Under the pieces are notes generated by a model. That model searched no databases. It was not told the origin of the DNA and was given only the letters and a program-made list of their open reading frames with translations. Positions 26,270-40,100 of a stretch of DNA of 64,000 nt are shown in pieces. A program made the translations under genes and the position numbers. The stretch is from Takakia lepidozioides (Eukaryota; Plantae; Bryophyta). Within the stretch, counting starts at the first letter, position 1. Each line of letters starts with the position of its first letter. The DNA is taken from assembly GCA_030704615.1 (NCBI GenBank), contig CM060731.1, positions 47,306,001 to 47,370,000 of the forward strand, in the 5' to 3' direction.

Positions 26270-27880
26270 TTAGCACAACAAGGTTTGGGTTTACGGGGTT
26301 TGGATTTATGGTACAAAGGGACAAACAAATATGGAAGACTCACACTCGCTCGAATTAATAAATGTAAGGGGAATTTGATATCCCTGTAATCCTTCTATCG
26401 TACCTTATCCAACAAAAGAAAATAACAAAAGAGCATGAAACATTGAAAAGAGGTAACATGGTAGTATAATAAGGTTTGAAGTGTAACTAGGGTAGTACAT
26501 TAAGGTTTTTGGTTTATGGTAAGGATAATGGCTTAGGGTAAGGGTAAGGCTTAGGGTTAGGGGAAGGGTAAGGGTTTAGGAGTAATGGTAAAGGTAAGGT
26601 TAAGGGTTTTGGGGGGTTTTGGGTTTGGGTTTAAGGTACAAATGGACAAACAATTATGGAAGACTCGCACTCGCTAGAACTTAGTGTGTGTTAGTAGGGT
26701 AGAAAATAAAAATAAAAATGGAGAAACAAATATTATGGAAGAGTCATTGAGACGGACAAGTATTTAAATTAAAGACTCATCCTTGAAACTTGGTATTAAG
26801 ATACATAGAAATGAAACTATGCAAAGGTAAGTGCATGTCAAAAACTAGCGCAAAAATGAAGGGAGAAGACATTTGGATAACCATAATGGTTATGGTTATG
26901 GTATGGATAGTTCATTCCCATTTGTAAAGGGAAGGGTAAGGGTTTAGGGTAATGGCTTAAGAGTAAAGGTTTAGGGTTTCCGGTGAGGGTTTAGGGTTTG
27001 GGTTTAAGGTACAAATGGACAAACAAACATGAAAGACTCGCATTCGCTAGAACTTAGTGTGTGTTAGTAGGGTACAAAATAAAAATTTAGATAACCAAGA
27101 CATTTGGATAACCATAATGGTTATGGTTATGGTTATGGTTATGGTATGAATAGTTCATTCCCATTTGTAAAGGGAAGGGTAAGGGTTTAGGGGTAATGGC
27201 TTAAGGGTAAAGTTTTAGGGTTTTAGGGTAAGGGTTGAGGGTAGGGGTTTTGGGTTTGGGTTTAAGATACAAATGGACAAACAAATGTGGAAGACTTGCA
27301 CTCGCTAGAACTTAGTGTTGTTAGTAGGGTAGAAAATAAAATAAAAATGGAGAAACAAAATATTATGGAAGTTTAGTCATTGTATCGGACAAGTATTTAA
27401 ATTAAAGACTCGTCCTTGGAACCTGGTATTAAGATACTTAGAAAACAAACTATGCAAATGTAAGTGCATGGCAATCGAAAACAAAGGAAAAAAGTAGCGC
27501 CAAAATGAAGGGAGAAGACATTTGAATAACCATAATGGTTATGGTTATGGTTATGGTATGGATAGTTCATTCCTATTTGTAAAGGGAAGGGTAAGGGTTT
27601 AGGGTTTGGCTTTCATGCACAAATGGACAAACAAATATGGAAGACTCGCACTCGCTCGAACTTAGTATGTGTTAGTAGGGTAGAAAATAAAATAAAAATG
27701 GAGAAACAAATGTTATGAAAGAGTCATTGAAACGGAAAGTATTTTAGTCAAAGACTCGTCCTTGGAACCTGGTATTAAGATACGTAGAAAACAAACTATA
27801 AAAATGGCAAGTGCATGTCAATCCAGAGCAAGGGAAAAGAATAATGCAAGAACGAAGGGAGAAGACATTTGGATCATCAC
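26270..27880. repeat. Tandem array of ~260-370-bp units with telomere-like GGGTTTA/GGGTAA and ATGGTT microsatellite blocks
   Basis: The core tacaaatggacaaacaaatatggaagactcgcactcgct recurs at ~26310, 26636, 27009, 27267 and 27617. Confidence 0.85.
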
Positions 27881-28819
27881 CGAGAGGAACATGTGCCAAA
27901 AATAGGAACGCACGCTGCCCATCCAAAAATAGCAAAAACACAGTTGAAAGTATGTCCCCCTATGAGATTTGGAAAGAAATGATGTTATATAACGACCGCG
28001 GACGCCGGAAAGTGCATAGTGCTCGTGGGACAAAATGGAAAAAAATATGAGAGAGATTAAAAAGTCAGAGCCCAAAATAAAAACTATGAGAAATGAAATG
28101 ATCCAATGAATTGGTGCTCTATAATGTCGCGGGAAGCTCCTAGTGTTTATGGGACAAAATGGAAGAGAACATGAGAGAGGAAATAAAATCAGAGCCAAAA
28201 ACTAAAAGTATGAGAAATGAAATGAAATGAAATGAAATGGTGCTTTATAACGTCCGCAGATAGGTCATAGAGCTTAGGGAAGAAAATGGGGGAAAACCTG
28301 AGAGATGAAACTTAACGAGTGGCAAATTGAAAACTATGGCAAGAATGATTGGCTAAGGGTCCTCTTAGTGGAAGACTTAAGTGAGAGACTTGGTTCTGCG
28401 GAAGGAAGTGCAATCATTGAGAGAATGACTCAAATTGGCCTACTTTTTTTTTGTAAAAACTTGGATGGAATGTAATGTGAATTGTGTTCCTGCCAGCCTT
28501 TTTGTTTTTGTGAACTGTATGTTTTCTAGGCCAGACTCCCCCACACAGTTATTTTTTTTCGTGAACAGTAAATATACCAGGCCAGAGTCGACCACACACG
28601 GATCAATGATTGCAAACGTCCACTGGACATTCGAGGTTGAGTGCGACAGTAGAAGACAACAAAAAGGAGCCCCCGACGTAAACAACAAGTGCCATGAAGA
28701 CAAAGAGAAATTTATTTCTTATATCGAAGTACCAAAATTGACCTCAACATTATGTCCTTCAACTGCGACTCTTTCACAAGACTCACTTTCTGATTGAAGA
28801 TTCGCCTCCTCTAAATTTG

Positions 28820-29800
28820 CACCTGCCTTCTCTGCTTCCGCAGTGGTAATTCTCTTAGTGCTATTCCTTGTCGAATTTTTCCGTGGCGGCATTGTTCATA
28901 TGTCTGAGCTCACGTGGATCCATTGAGGAGGATCCAATGGGTTATATTTCCAGACTTTTGACCAACAGTCCCTATACATGTCCACGTCAGATGGATTACC
29001 TCATTTTTTTGGTCTCCACCACTCCACCCTCACTTTCTTAAAATTACAATCCCCCCTTTCACGGATCACATCAGATATTGTCACCCCCATCCAAACCGGG
29101 CACGTCCTTGGGTCATGAGGGCGAACTAGCACAAAAAACCCTTCCTCAATATCCTTGAACGGATTCAAGGGTATTCTCGGACGCTCACACCTCGGGCCAC
29201 AGTAAGGTTCTGGAATTTCTTCCTCTTCTGCCATATCATCCTTTGTCTGTGGCTGGATTCCATCTCTCCAATATTGGTTCTTCGACCATCTTGTTTTCGG
29301 CCAGAAACCCTCAAGAAGGTCAATATTCTCAGGAGTCTCCGATATTGGCTTATCCAGTTCGGCGAGAATGTTTTCCCAGTATTGACCTTATTGTTCCATT
29401 ATAGCTTTGTAATGATCATCAAGCAACATCCCTTTCGTCCAAAAATCCCTATGTAATTTTTTATTCCATTTTTATGAAGGACTGTTTTTCTGAGGAGTCG
29501 TCTCCGTCTCCCCAGATCGGAGTTCTTGGAACGGCAAATGGGTCACCTTTCAGGGAGTTTGGGAGTCCCGTCAGGCTTCGACTTCCACATCTTCATGCTG
29601 GTGTTCTTTGGAAGCCAATCTGAATCAGTAGCTGATTTCTTGTACTTCATTACGGGCCAACCCTCTGCATCTACAAAAAACCGGAACACGTGCATCTCGG
29701 AAGTCCTAATCAACGCTTCATTTCCATCTAGAATACAACCCTTTACAAACTTCTTAAAGCCGGGAACCTCCTGAATAATCTATGGAATAAACTGCAGATC
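28820..29800 (-). mobile_element. Degenerate transposase-like coding remnant (resembles the bryophyte DUF7869-type family), cut by the Gypsy LTR
   Basis: IIQEVPGFKKFV...HVFRFFVDAEGWPVMKYK...WLP and FVLVRP...PVWMG...VRVEWWRP recognised from memory; contains stops. Confidence 0.45.
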
Positions 29801-29801
29801 T

Positions 29802-30696
29802 TGTGAGATCATTGATAACGGCTAAGTATGATACAGCTACGAGGGCCAGACAGCGAGAGTCACGATGGGACATACCAGGTAGTGATTGGTTTACACTACC
29901 TAGTCACAGGCAGAAAAGGCTCAGTGCGCGGCACTTAGCAAACGGCGGAACAAGGGGACACTACCACGGGAGCAGTAGTGGGTAGTGTAGCAGCAGTGGG
30001 CCGTGAACCACGATATCACACGGCCACGGTAGCATAGGCTTTACTAATAGAGGAAGTAGTGAAGGACCGTGGACCGTGTACCACTATGGCACACGACCAA
30101 AAGTCACGACCACTACCATGAGCCACTTTTTGGCAAACCCTTTAGGTTGCGTAGGCAGTTAGGCAACGGTCATTAACGACTGCAGGCTGTAACGGTTCTT
30201 TCGAGCATAGTATAAAAGGGCTGCACGCAACTTAGAAGGTATCAGTGATCAGTGTGTATCCAGTGGACTCAGAGTAATTTGATGTGTACTTATGGGATGA
30301 ACTCTGAAGTAAAGCCATGCTATTCCAAGTATCTCTGTGTAGAGTGAACGTGAGATAGAGAGAATGTGCATTATGAGAGAACGTGAGATAGTGAGAATGT
30401 GTATCATCTCAGAATAGATCTTGTTGTCTTGAATACTGTATGATTGTATGAACAAAGAGGCTCCAGCCTTTCCGACTAAGACCTTTTAGCTGATGAGACT
30501 GCGGGTTGGACTTAATTAATATGATTAAGCAACCTGCTGAGATGTTGATTCATACGACTAGCAGGGGTTAGCTATCTTTCAAACAATTACTCTGTAATCG
30601 TTTCAGAAGGCATACCGTCGGACAACCTCTGTTGCATGTCTTGGGAAATGGGAGTTGAGAGCCTATTTTGTCTAAGTCATAAACCAGCGGTTAACA
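29802..30696 (+). repeat. 5' LTR followed by a tRNA-type PBS (TGGCGACCATACTGGGG, 30699-30715)
   Basis: TGTGA...TAACA; TATAAAAG at ~30211; PBS begins with TGG 2 nt after the CA. Confidence 0.7.
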
Positions 30697-33600
30697 TTTG
30701 GCGACCATACTGGGGACTAACGGTATGTTGAGTTCAAGTGAACTCAAGGAAGGATGGCTACTCAATGATTTCTTGAAATCACAAAAGAACGAGTCAATGG
30801 AAGTAGAGGAATGGAAAGCATTCCTGAAAAAAATTCATGGCTTACCAGTAGCAATACAACAGAGGATCTTTCTTTCAATTGTGAAAGAAGATGACAAATG
30901 GGGATTAAAGGGAGGAGTGATCAGTATTACACGTGCACTTTGGGAATGTAGAATCAGACGTGAAGAATGGTTGTCTCGTCTAGTTTTATTGATTACTCTA
31001 ATCCCAATCAGAAAAGTTTGCTACACTAGTTTATATTTTCATGGAAGGATGTTCAAATTATGAATATTGTCATATGATCATAGAAGCAGTAGAGTACTGG
31101 ATACCCAAAGACTTGTTACAAGTCAGATATACTGAGAAAGACAAAATGCTATTATTGTGCCTATTAAAATATTGGTGATCAATCAGTACAGGAAAATTAA
31201 GTCGTGATACGGATTCTGGGAAGATAGTGTAAATCTTGGAGAAAGGGTAGAGACCACTATAATTTTTTTTCCTGACATACCAAGGCTTATTAAAGGGTGC
31301 TGAAAAGGAATTATGTATATGATGTGGGAATGAATGAGGAAATTAAGGAAAAGCTAAGCAAGACAGAGCTGAAATAATAGAGAAATATGCTGCAAAAAGG
31401 GAAGCTCGATTGAGAAAAGAGTTCCCGGAATTACAAAACTTGAATATAATTCAAGGCAAGGCATCAAGACAAATTGACAGTGATAAACCAGAAAATCAGG
31501 AAACCGGATCTTTGGAAAGTGAGAACACTACACCAAAAGGAGTTGCAAGTAATGCACTTGGCGAATGGTTACCACAAGAAAGATCTGAAGGATCTTCTAC
31601 AGTAACAAGTCCAAATCGAGGTTGTGCCGAAATATTGGAATAAAAATTTGAGAATATTCTAAGTGAAGAAGGTGAAAGAAGTGAAACTACTTCTCCAGAA
31701 AGGATAACCAGGACTGCCTCAAAGCTTTTAAAGATTCATTAAGCTTAGTGGGGACAGCAGCTGGAAGACGGCTATCCTTGGGACAAGGACCTCCTAGTTT
31801 TGAATCATTGTTTGGAAGACAAACACCAACAACACCATTAGCTTTGACAATCCCAACACCAACACGGCCACCAGTAGCGGGACCATTCCAGTTTGGATAG
31901 CCGGTTGTACCAGCAGCACCAATGGCTTTAGCAGCAAGCAAAACCAAACCGCCGTTTCTTTTATATGATGGGAAATCTGACCTGGATATCCATCTTAATC
32001 AATTTGAGAACATGTGCACCATTTACAATGAAGCAACAGACCAGGAAAAGATCCGATTATTTCCTTGTTCAATGGCCAGAAAAGGCATTGAATGGTTGGC
32101 AACCTTTCCAGCCAATCACTTTGCAAATTGGGCAGATATGAGAGCCGCATTCCAAGAACGATATAGATCCAACAAATCCACGTTTGAAATCTTCACAAGA
32201 TTACAGAACCTGAGACAAAAAAAAAAAATTGGTAGTTGACTACCTGGAGAGAATAAAGACTCTGATCAGGAAGCTACCTCAAGCACCAGGTGACGACTTG
32301 CAAAAATCATGGTTCATCAACGAACTTCGTCCTGAATATGTAACCATGGTTACAGTCATGCCTAACAACACTTTGGCTGAAGCAGTAGGAACTGCAAAGA
32401 AATTGGAATTGGGATTTCATCAGAGCAGAAGTAAAGATTCCAAGGATTCCTTGGAAGAAGAAGACTCTGATGATGAAGAAAAACCCAAGCAAAAGAAGAA
32501 AGAAGTGATTGACAAAACCACTTTGGATCAGAAGATAGCAGAGGCTATCAAGAATTTTAAAGATGAAGGGCCACGAAAGGCAACATGGTGTCACAAATGC
32601 GGAACTGCAGGACACTTGGCAATACAATGCCACATGAAAGACAAATACTGTGATATTTGTCATATGAACAATCATAATACCAGCCATTGTATTTACAAGC
32701 AACGGGCCAAGAAGAGTGGGTACACACGAGAGGTGGGGGTACACCAAGTCCAAGTCCGACGGGGAGGATCGGATGGACCAAGACGATACAATATGGGTAA
32801 TCGTTATCAGAGGCCACGAGATGACTATCCACCACGGGATAGAGAACATCAACCTAGAAACAAGGAAATCATGAGATGTCACTATTGCAAGAAAGAGGGA
32901 CACTGGAAACATGAATGCCAGTTGCGAATCAAGCATGAGGCAGAATTGGGAAATATGGAAGCCGGACCAAGTGTAGCCGTGAGTGTGGTAACTCCTGTAG
33001 TGGATACCCTTGCGGTAACCCGAACTCATGCCAAGAAACAAAAACCTCCAGATAAGGAGATTGAAGAAGAACGAAAACAATATCCAGAAAGTGCAGCATG
33101 GCAGGAAGAAAAGAGCTTACACTAGGAGGTAAGCAAAGCCATAGCTCAAATGCAAGAAGGAACCCATATACCTTCTGGAGAGCTAACTCCAGATAATCAA
33201 ATCAGACCAACGATGAAGACCACGAACGCAACCACGGAAACAGAATTGGCTGAAGTAATCTGCCAGACCAAGACCCAAATTACCATTGGACAATTATCAA
33301 AAATTGCTCCACACTGCAAGAAAACTTTATTTTGGGCAATTGAGGCATTGACCCCCACACCAAAATAAAAACCAACACCACAAGTTTACACGATTAAACC
33401 CACAACTATACAACAAACTCCAGACTACGACGAAGCAATACCAGTAATACAAGTACGTATTGGACAGAAGCTGGTAACGGATGTACTCATCGATGGAGGA
33501 TCCGGAGTGAATATCATGACAGAGAGGATGAAGAAGTCACTAGGATTGGGGCACATGGAACCTGCTCCATTCACGGTACGAATGGCCGATCAACGAAAAG

Positions 33601-36600
33601 TGCAGCCATTGGGTATCATCAGACGACTTGCAATGGAAGTAGCAGGATTGGTATACGAAGTATCAATAACCATTCTCAGAATGGAGGATGTGGCAGAAGG
33701 ATATTCGCTACTACTTGGCCGACCATGGTTAACACAAGCCCAATCACACCACGATTGGGGAAGTCAGACTCTCACGATAAAAAAAAGATCAGAACAAGTG
33801 ACTATCACTACGAAGCAATGAGGTACCATTCCACGAGAGAAATGACCTTGCATAGTGGAAGAGTATGACTGGTGCAGTGGACTGTCGGATGAAGAAGAAG
33901 CCACGGTATATGCAGCACATCCACAGTTGGAACCTATTGGTCAATTAGTGGTCAAACATACCACAACAGTAGGATGTCACATGGTGAACACCCAAGGAGA
34001 ACTGAATACTCCGAGAACGGAAGATCCTGAGGAAGAAGCTATGGACACACCTCAACACCCTGCCCGTTTTTATCAAGAAAGAGAAGAGGACATTAAAATC
34101 AGTGAAGTACCTACCACGATTGCAACCATCGGACAGGAGATTGCAGGATGGACAGTAACGGAAGAAACTCAATTGATTCAAGTGAATCTGGGAACAGTGG
34201 AAGAACCACAGATAATACGAGTAAGTGCAGGTCTTGAAGAATCATTTCTACGAGAAGTCACTGCATTATTCACTGAATACAAGGATGTATTTGCCTGGAA
34301 CTACAAAGATTTGAAGGGTATACCTTCCAATATCTGTCAGCACCGAATTGAATTGGAAGTTGACACGAAACCAATTCGTCAGAACCGTTACAGAATGAAC
34401 CCCAACTATATAGCTAAAGTTTGGGAAGAAATCGAGAAATTACTGGATGTAGGATTCATATACCCAGTAGAGACACCACAATGGTTATCACCCATTGTGA
34501 TAATACCCAAGAAGAATGGAAAATTACGAGTATGTGTGGACTATCGCAAATTAAACGTAGGAACCAAGAAATACCATTTTCCACTACCTTTCACAGAGAT
34601 AGTGTTGGACACAGTGGCAGGACATGAGATGTACTCATTCATGGATGGGTTCAGTGAGTACAACCAGGTGCAGATGGCAGAAGAAGACCGAGAAAATACT
34701 GCATTCATCACTGAATGGGGAGCCTATGCTTACAAAGTCATGCCATTTGGACTTTGCAACGCACCAGCCACGTTTCAGCGAGCAGTATCTAAGATATTCA
34801 AGAATTATCTCAATGATTTTATGCAGGTATTTTTGGATGATTTCAATGTCTTCGGACAGAAATCCAAACACTTGGCATAGTTAAAACTTTGCCTACACGT
34901 CTGCAGAAACAATGGAGTAAGTCTCAATCCGGAAAAATGTACATTTTGTGTGAATTCAGGATTACTGTTGGGACACATTGTGTGCCAACAGGGAATTTTG
35001 GTGGATCCAAATAAAGTGGATGTTATCTGGAAAATACCACCACCAGAAAATCCCAAGAAACTCAAGAGATTTCTGGGACAGACAAGCTAGTACAGAAGGT
35101 ACATGGCCAAATATGCTCACAGAGCAGCACCAGTCTATGGACTGCTGAAGAAAGATGCCGAATACCGATGGTCTCCAGCTTGTCAGGAATCATTTGATTC
35201 ACTAAAAATGGCACTCACAACAGCACCAATTCTAATAAATCCAAGATGAGATCTACTATTTCATGTACACAGTGATGCATCAGGCTTTGGGTTCTGGCCC
35301 AGAATGTGACAGGCACAATAGATTCACCAATCTAATATGCAAACAGATTGCTGACATCAGCTGAGAGGAACTATAGCACCACGGAAAGGGAAGCATTGGC
35401 AATGATTTATGCTGTTCAAAAGTTTCGGCATTATTTACTGGGCAATCGCTTTAAGTTTATTGTTGATCATCAGGCTCTAGTTCATTTAGCAAATCGACCA
35501 CTAGCTAGTGGCAGGGTTGTTCGATGGTTATTACTTCTTCATGAGTATGATTTTGAAGTTGTTCATAAACCAGGAAGATTACATGTTAAAGTAGATCATC
35601 TGTCAAGAATTACTACAGGAGAACCAGCCACATGAGTAGAGGATCAACTTCCCGACGCATTTCCGTTTGCTGTTCAACCAGAAGCACAAGATGAAGAGAC
35701 AGATCCTCTAGGCGCTCTGGGAGTGTTTCAAGGAGACTATGACCTCCCAGATTCTCTTAAGCTCATGGATGACACTGATGATGAAGATGAACCTCTTGAT
35801 GAAGGACCTATTATTGAGGAAGAGCCAGATCCAGAAGAAGAAGATGATAAAGAAAACGAAGAGCCAAATAATCAAGAATTGGCCAATATCAGTATTGGAG
35901 CTTATACAGTTACAAAAGGAAGAATCAGAAGACATTCAGAATCAAGATCAAGATCCGGACGATTGGCAATGGCCAATCAAATACTATCTGAACACAGGAA
36001 AATTTCCTAAAGACTACACCAAAGATGACAGGAGAAAGCTTTCAATGAAAAGCAAGCCATACACAATAATCAAGGGAATTCTGTACAAAAGAGGAATTGA
36101 CTCCATAATGAAAAGATGTGTGAACAAAGAACAAGCCAAAACAGTGATGCAAGAGCTACACGAAGGAATTGCAGGAGGACACTTCAGTTCTGACCTGACA
36201 GCAAAGAAGATATTATTAGTAGGTTACTGGTGGCCTACTGTATTTGGAGAGACTTATGAACACTGTCAACAGTGTGATGTTTGCCAGAGGATGGGACCAG
36301 TAGAACGAACTGGGAAGGGTACTATGCACCCAATACTACCAACAGAACCATTTCAACGCTGGGGACTAGACTTCGTGGGACCCATTAAACCTCCAGCAAG
36401 GTACACACAGAACCAATACATCCTCACAGCCACTGACTACACTACCAAATGGGTAGAGGCCAAACTAAGAGACAACACTGCCAGGTCGACAGCCAAATTC
36501 TTATATGAAAACATCATCACATGATTTGGTTGCCTACCGGAATTCGTCAGTGATCAAGGATCGCATTTTATAAACGATGCCATAAAATGCTTGACGGATG

Positions 36601-37134
36601 AGTTCATGATCGTACATCACAAGAGCACTGCCTACTATCCCCAAGGAAATGGCCAGGCTGAATCTACCAACAAGATATTATACACCATCTTAACCAAGAT
36701 AGTAAATGCCAATCGTACAGATTGGGACACCAAAATGAACACAGCGCTATGGGCATTCAGGACATCATACAAGGTGACCACAAAACATACACCATTTCAA
36801 CTGGCCCTATGGAGCAGAGGCACTATTACCCATTGAATGCATGATACCCACACTACGAACCGGAACTCATGAACGATGGGGTTTAGAGGAATCTCTACGA
36901 GTCAGGGAACATGAGTTATTTCATCTGGAAGAAGTTCGGGCAGACGCTGCAGATAACATGGCACGAATTCAAGAACAGCGAAGAAAAAGAATATCCGAAG
37001 GGAAAGAAAAATCTTTCCAGGACGGGGAAGTTATTTTATGGTTACCAAAAATCAAGAAGATCAAACTGGGAGGAAAATTGAAAATGCCATGGATGGGACC
37101 ATTTCAAATCAAAAGGGTACATGACAATGGAACA
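29802..37134 (+). mobile_element. Non-chromovirus Ty3/Gypsy element (Athila/Tat/Phygy-like); degenerate, 3' end lost at a MULE insertion
   Basis: gag 31922-33125 with Zn knuckles; protease IDGGSGVN (~33490); RT (LRVCVDYRKLN, MPFGLCNAPATFQ, FLDD); RNase H 35260-35630; integrase ([29 protein letters not shown]). Confidence 0.93.
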
Positions 37135-40100
37135 AGGTTTACTATTTCATGAGCAAAAACCATGAGCCATGAGCCATGAGCCGCATGAGCGGTGAGCCGA
37201 AGTCTAAGACACGCGGATTTCATGAGCGGACTCCTCCAAATTTGGAAATGTGGTAGATTACAAAAGTATTAAAATAATAGTTTTTTATTTGACCTTGCCG
37301 TTTTTGGAAGTTCCAGATCCTGTAATGCGGCGAAGATATGTCGTCAATAACAACTCCGCTCATGGTTTTTTAGATCCGCTCATGGAAATGTGTGACCGTG
37401 CAACGAGAAATCCAGTATACCACGACAAAAGGACGTCGCATACTGGCCTGTATAGAGTATTCCGCGGTTTTACATGCCTTAACATTGGAATGAAGCTGAC
37501 CCTTCTGCCGCGATTGAACCAATAGAGTCTGCACCAATAGAGTCTGCAATACTTCACAATTCTGTCATCTTCGGGTATTCGGCGGGAAAGGTTTGCGACT
37601 CAACTGGGAAATGCGGTGCCGCATTAGGGTTCGCACGTGCGAAATTTCTGGGGGGTTTGGTGTTGGCGACGGTCGGCTCCCTAAAGGCTGGGTGCGACTA
37701 TCTTGCTATGATGAAGGCCGCATCTACCAGTACCTATGATGTTACTTGGAAATGCGGCGCCGCATTTCCTTGCCGGGGGTCAAATGAGGAAAACAAAGTT
37801 TGGGAGAGCAGAAAAACAGGAACCCTCCAACAAACAAAAATACAAGCACGTGGAAACATAAGTGAATAACATAGTATTATCTTAGTTCAAGCAAAACAAG
37901 TTACTGGTAGGCAAGACATAAGTCGGACCTTTCTGTGGCCAGAGTCAGAGGTACTTGCAGCAGTACAGTTCTACTATAACTGAAACTCCGAAAAGGATGG
38001 GCGTACCATTGTGTGGGGACCGCAAGCCAAGCTCACTAGTCCCCTGGATCCATATTCAGAAGAGTGCGCACCTCTTGGGGGCTCAACCCTGGTGCATGTA
38101 TGAAGTGATGAGTTGTGGAATTACACCAGAGTCTCTTTAGGTACACGTAGTACAGATGCTTGCAAGGGCAGTATGATGCCCCCTTGTTCACCATCATCTG
38201 GAAGTCGGTGCAATTGCAGGTGGGTAATTCTGAAATGGTGATGGTGTACACCTCATTGCAAACAGCTGAGCATGTCGTGGCCATCTGATACACACGCCTG
38301 AAGCCTGGTAGGTGCACTTCTGTCGAGCTCTGGATTGTACAGTTCATCTGAAGTGCATTCCCTATCCTTGTCTCGTTCACTTTTGAGGGAGGTCGCCGCC
38401 TCTTCGGTTTCCCCCAACGGTGCGTAGGATGCTTAGAGCTGTCGCGTCCCATTGTTCTTGCTCTCACAGAGGTCGGTGGTGGAGGCTGTGGAAGCAGAAA
38501 TGGTTGTCTGGGGACGTCAGTGCGCTGCACCATCCGAAAGCTTGCGGCAGTAAGGGCGTCGGCCTCAACCTGACTCAGATCGCAGCCTGGTTCCACCGGC
38601 CACACCGGGGGAGCCTCTGGCATTGTTTGTATGCCGTACTTGGGCTTTCCATACACGCAAGTCATAATGTCGTGCCTGCAAAACCAAAACTGGGTGGTTG
38701 TCGCCTCCGCAAACTTTGCATGGACAAATCTTCCTATAAAAGTAGGAGCAGGGACAGCCCCATCTGGATTCCTCCTTATCATCTCTAAACAAAGTTGCCA
38801 TGTATCCACTCGAATTGCGGAACACCTGCCTTGAAACGCCAGCTTTGTGCGAGCAATTCTCCACTGTGACGCAGACACAGTCGTCTCCACAATGGCTTGG
38901 CCATACTGCATAACAACGGGCGGAATCTGGGGCAAGCGAGCGGTGGGAATTTCTTGCACGGAATCCCCGCTTGAAGGCGATGGCGATCTGGAAACTCTTG
39001 GGCTTCCACTGCTGGAAGACACATTGTGCGGCAACATGACGGGACCTCGAGGTGCTGTCAGAATGTTCCTATCGGATCTCCAAGAATCCTCTTCGCACCC
39101 AGGTTCCTCTTCAATCCTCCACCTCACAGGGCGAGTACGGACGTCCCCCTCTAGGTGTTCACCTCTGCGGGTGTAGAGGCGTCCCTTTGATCTTCTCTCG
39201 ATATGATGTCGCCCATTTCAGTGGATTCTTGGACCTCGAAGCTGTTCGTACCAACAATTCCTCCTTGTCCGGCCCAAAGCCCCATTGTTTCCCGCTCAGG
39301 AACTTGTAGTACGTGGCTTGCTACATGATTGCTCTGTCGATGTCCTCCATTGTGGCCATCACTACGTCCACCACATGTGCGGCAGAAGACGCTCGCTAGG
39401 AGGAGTGGACTGATTCTGCCATATTCGTGTTCGGCATGTCCGTGTCGGAATCCAAGCACCGCTCCTACAAGGACAGAAACAATGGTGAGGGACCAATGGA
39501 AAGGTCCGTAATAGAACAACAATTGCACGAAAATGACAGCGTCATACCTCCCGCATGTACTGTCCGAACTGTCGATACCGGAAATGCCACCACCCCAACC
39601 AGCTGTGCAAGGCTCCCAGATTGGTTGTCTCTACTGCACCTGACGTGTTCCACCAAGCCTCGATGATAGCAAACTTAACCTCCGCGTCATCAAATGTGGG
39701 TGCATCCTTCCACGCCATACAAATGACACGGTGTTTAGCCTGGAATGAGCTAGCAACAAATCCGGTAGTGTAGTGAGATAGACTCTGCATCAAATGGAAT
39801 CCACAAGATCTCTCTTTCCCCTCCATTGGAACATTGGGGTCCTCACCATACACATGCCGCACCGCTGCCCAGTTGGCGTGAGCGTTGTCTGCCATGAATC
39901 CCCTGAAATTGGGCTCTGGCAAACCCGCCCTTGCCATCTACTCGTTTATGCCCTCCCACAGATGCATCTCCGACTGTGTGTCCTCCCCTTTCATCTCGCA
40001 GATTGCAATCGTCATGAACCTCTTGGAGTGATAGTCATAAACATGCGCACCCATAGTCACCCACTGATGGTTTGTAATTTGCTTGATGTGGTCAAACATC

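Noticed and set aside
26270-27880. CRISPR-like array
   Set aside because: Eukaryotic context, long degenerate units, no unique spacers and no cas genes
30698-31063. Extra 5' ORF in the Gypsy leader
   Set aside because: Short, starts at a non-ATG codon within the PBS and has no recognisable domain; it could be a decayed extra ORF but cannot be supported.
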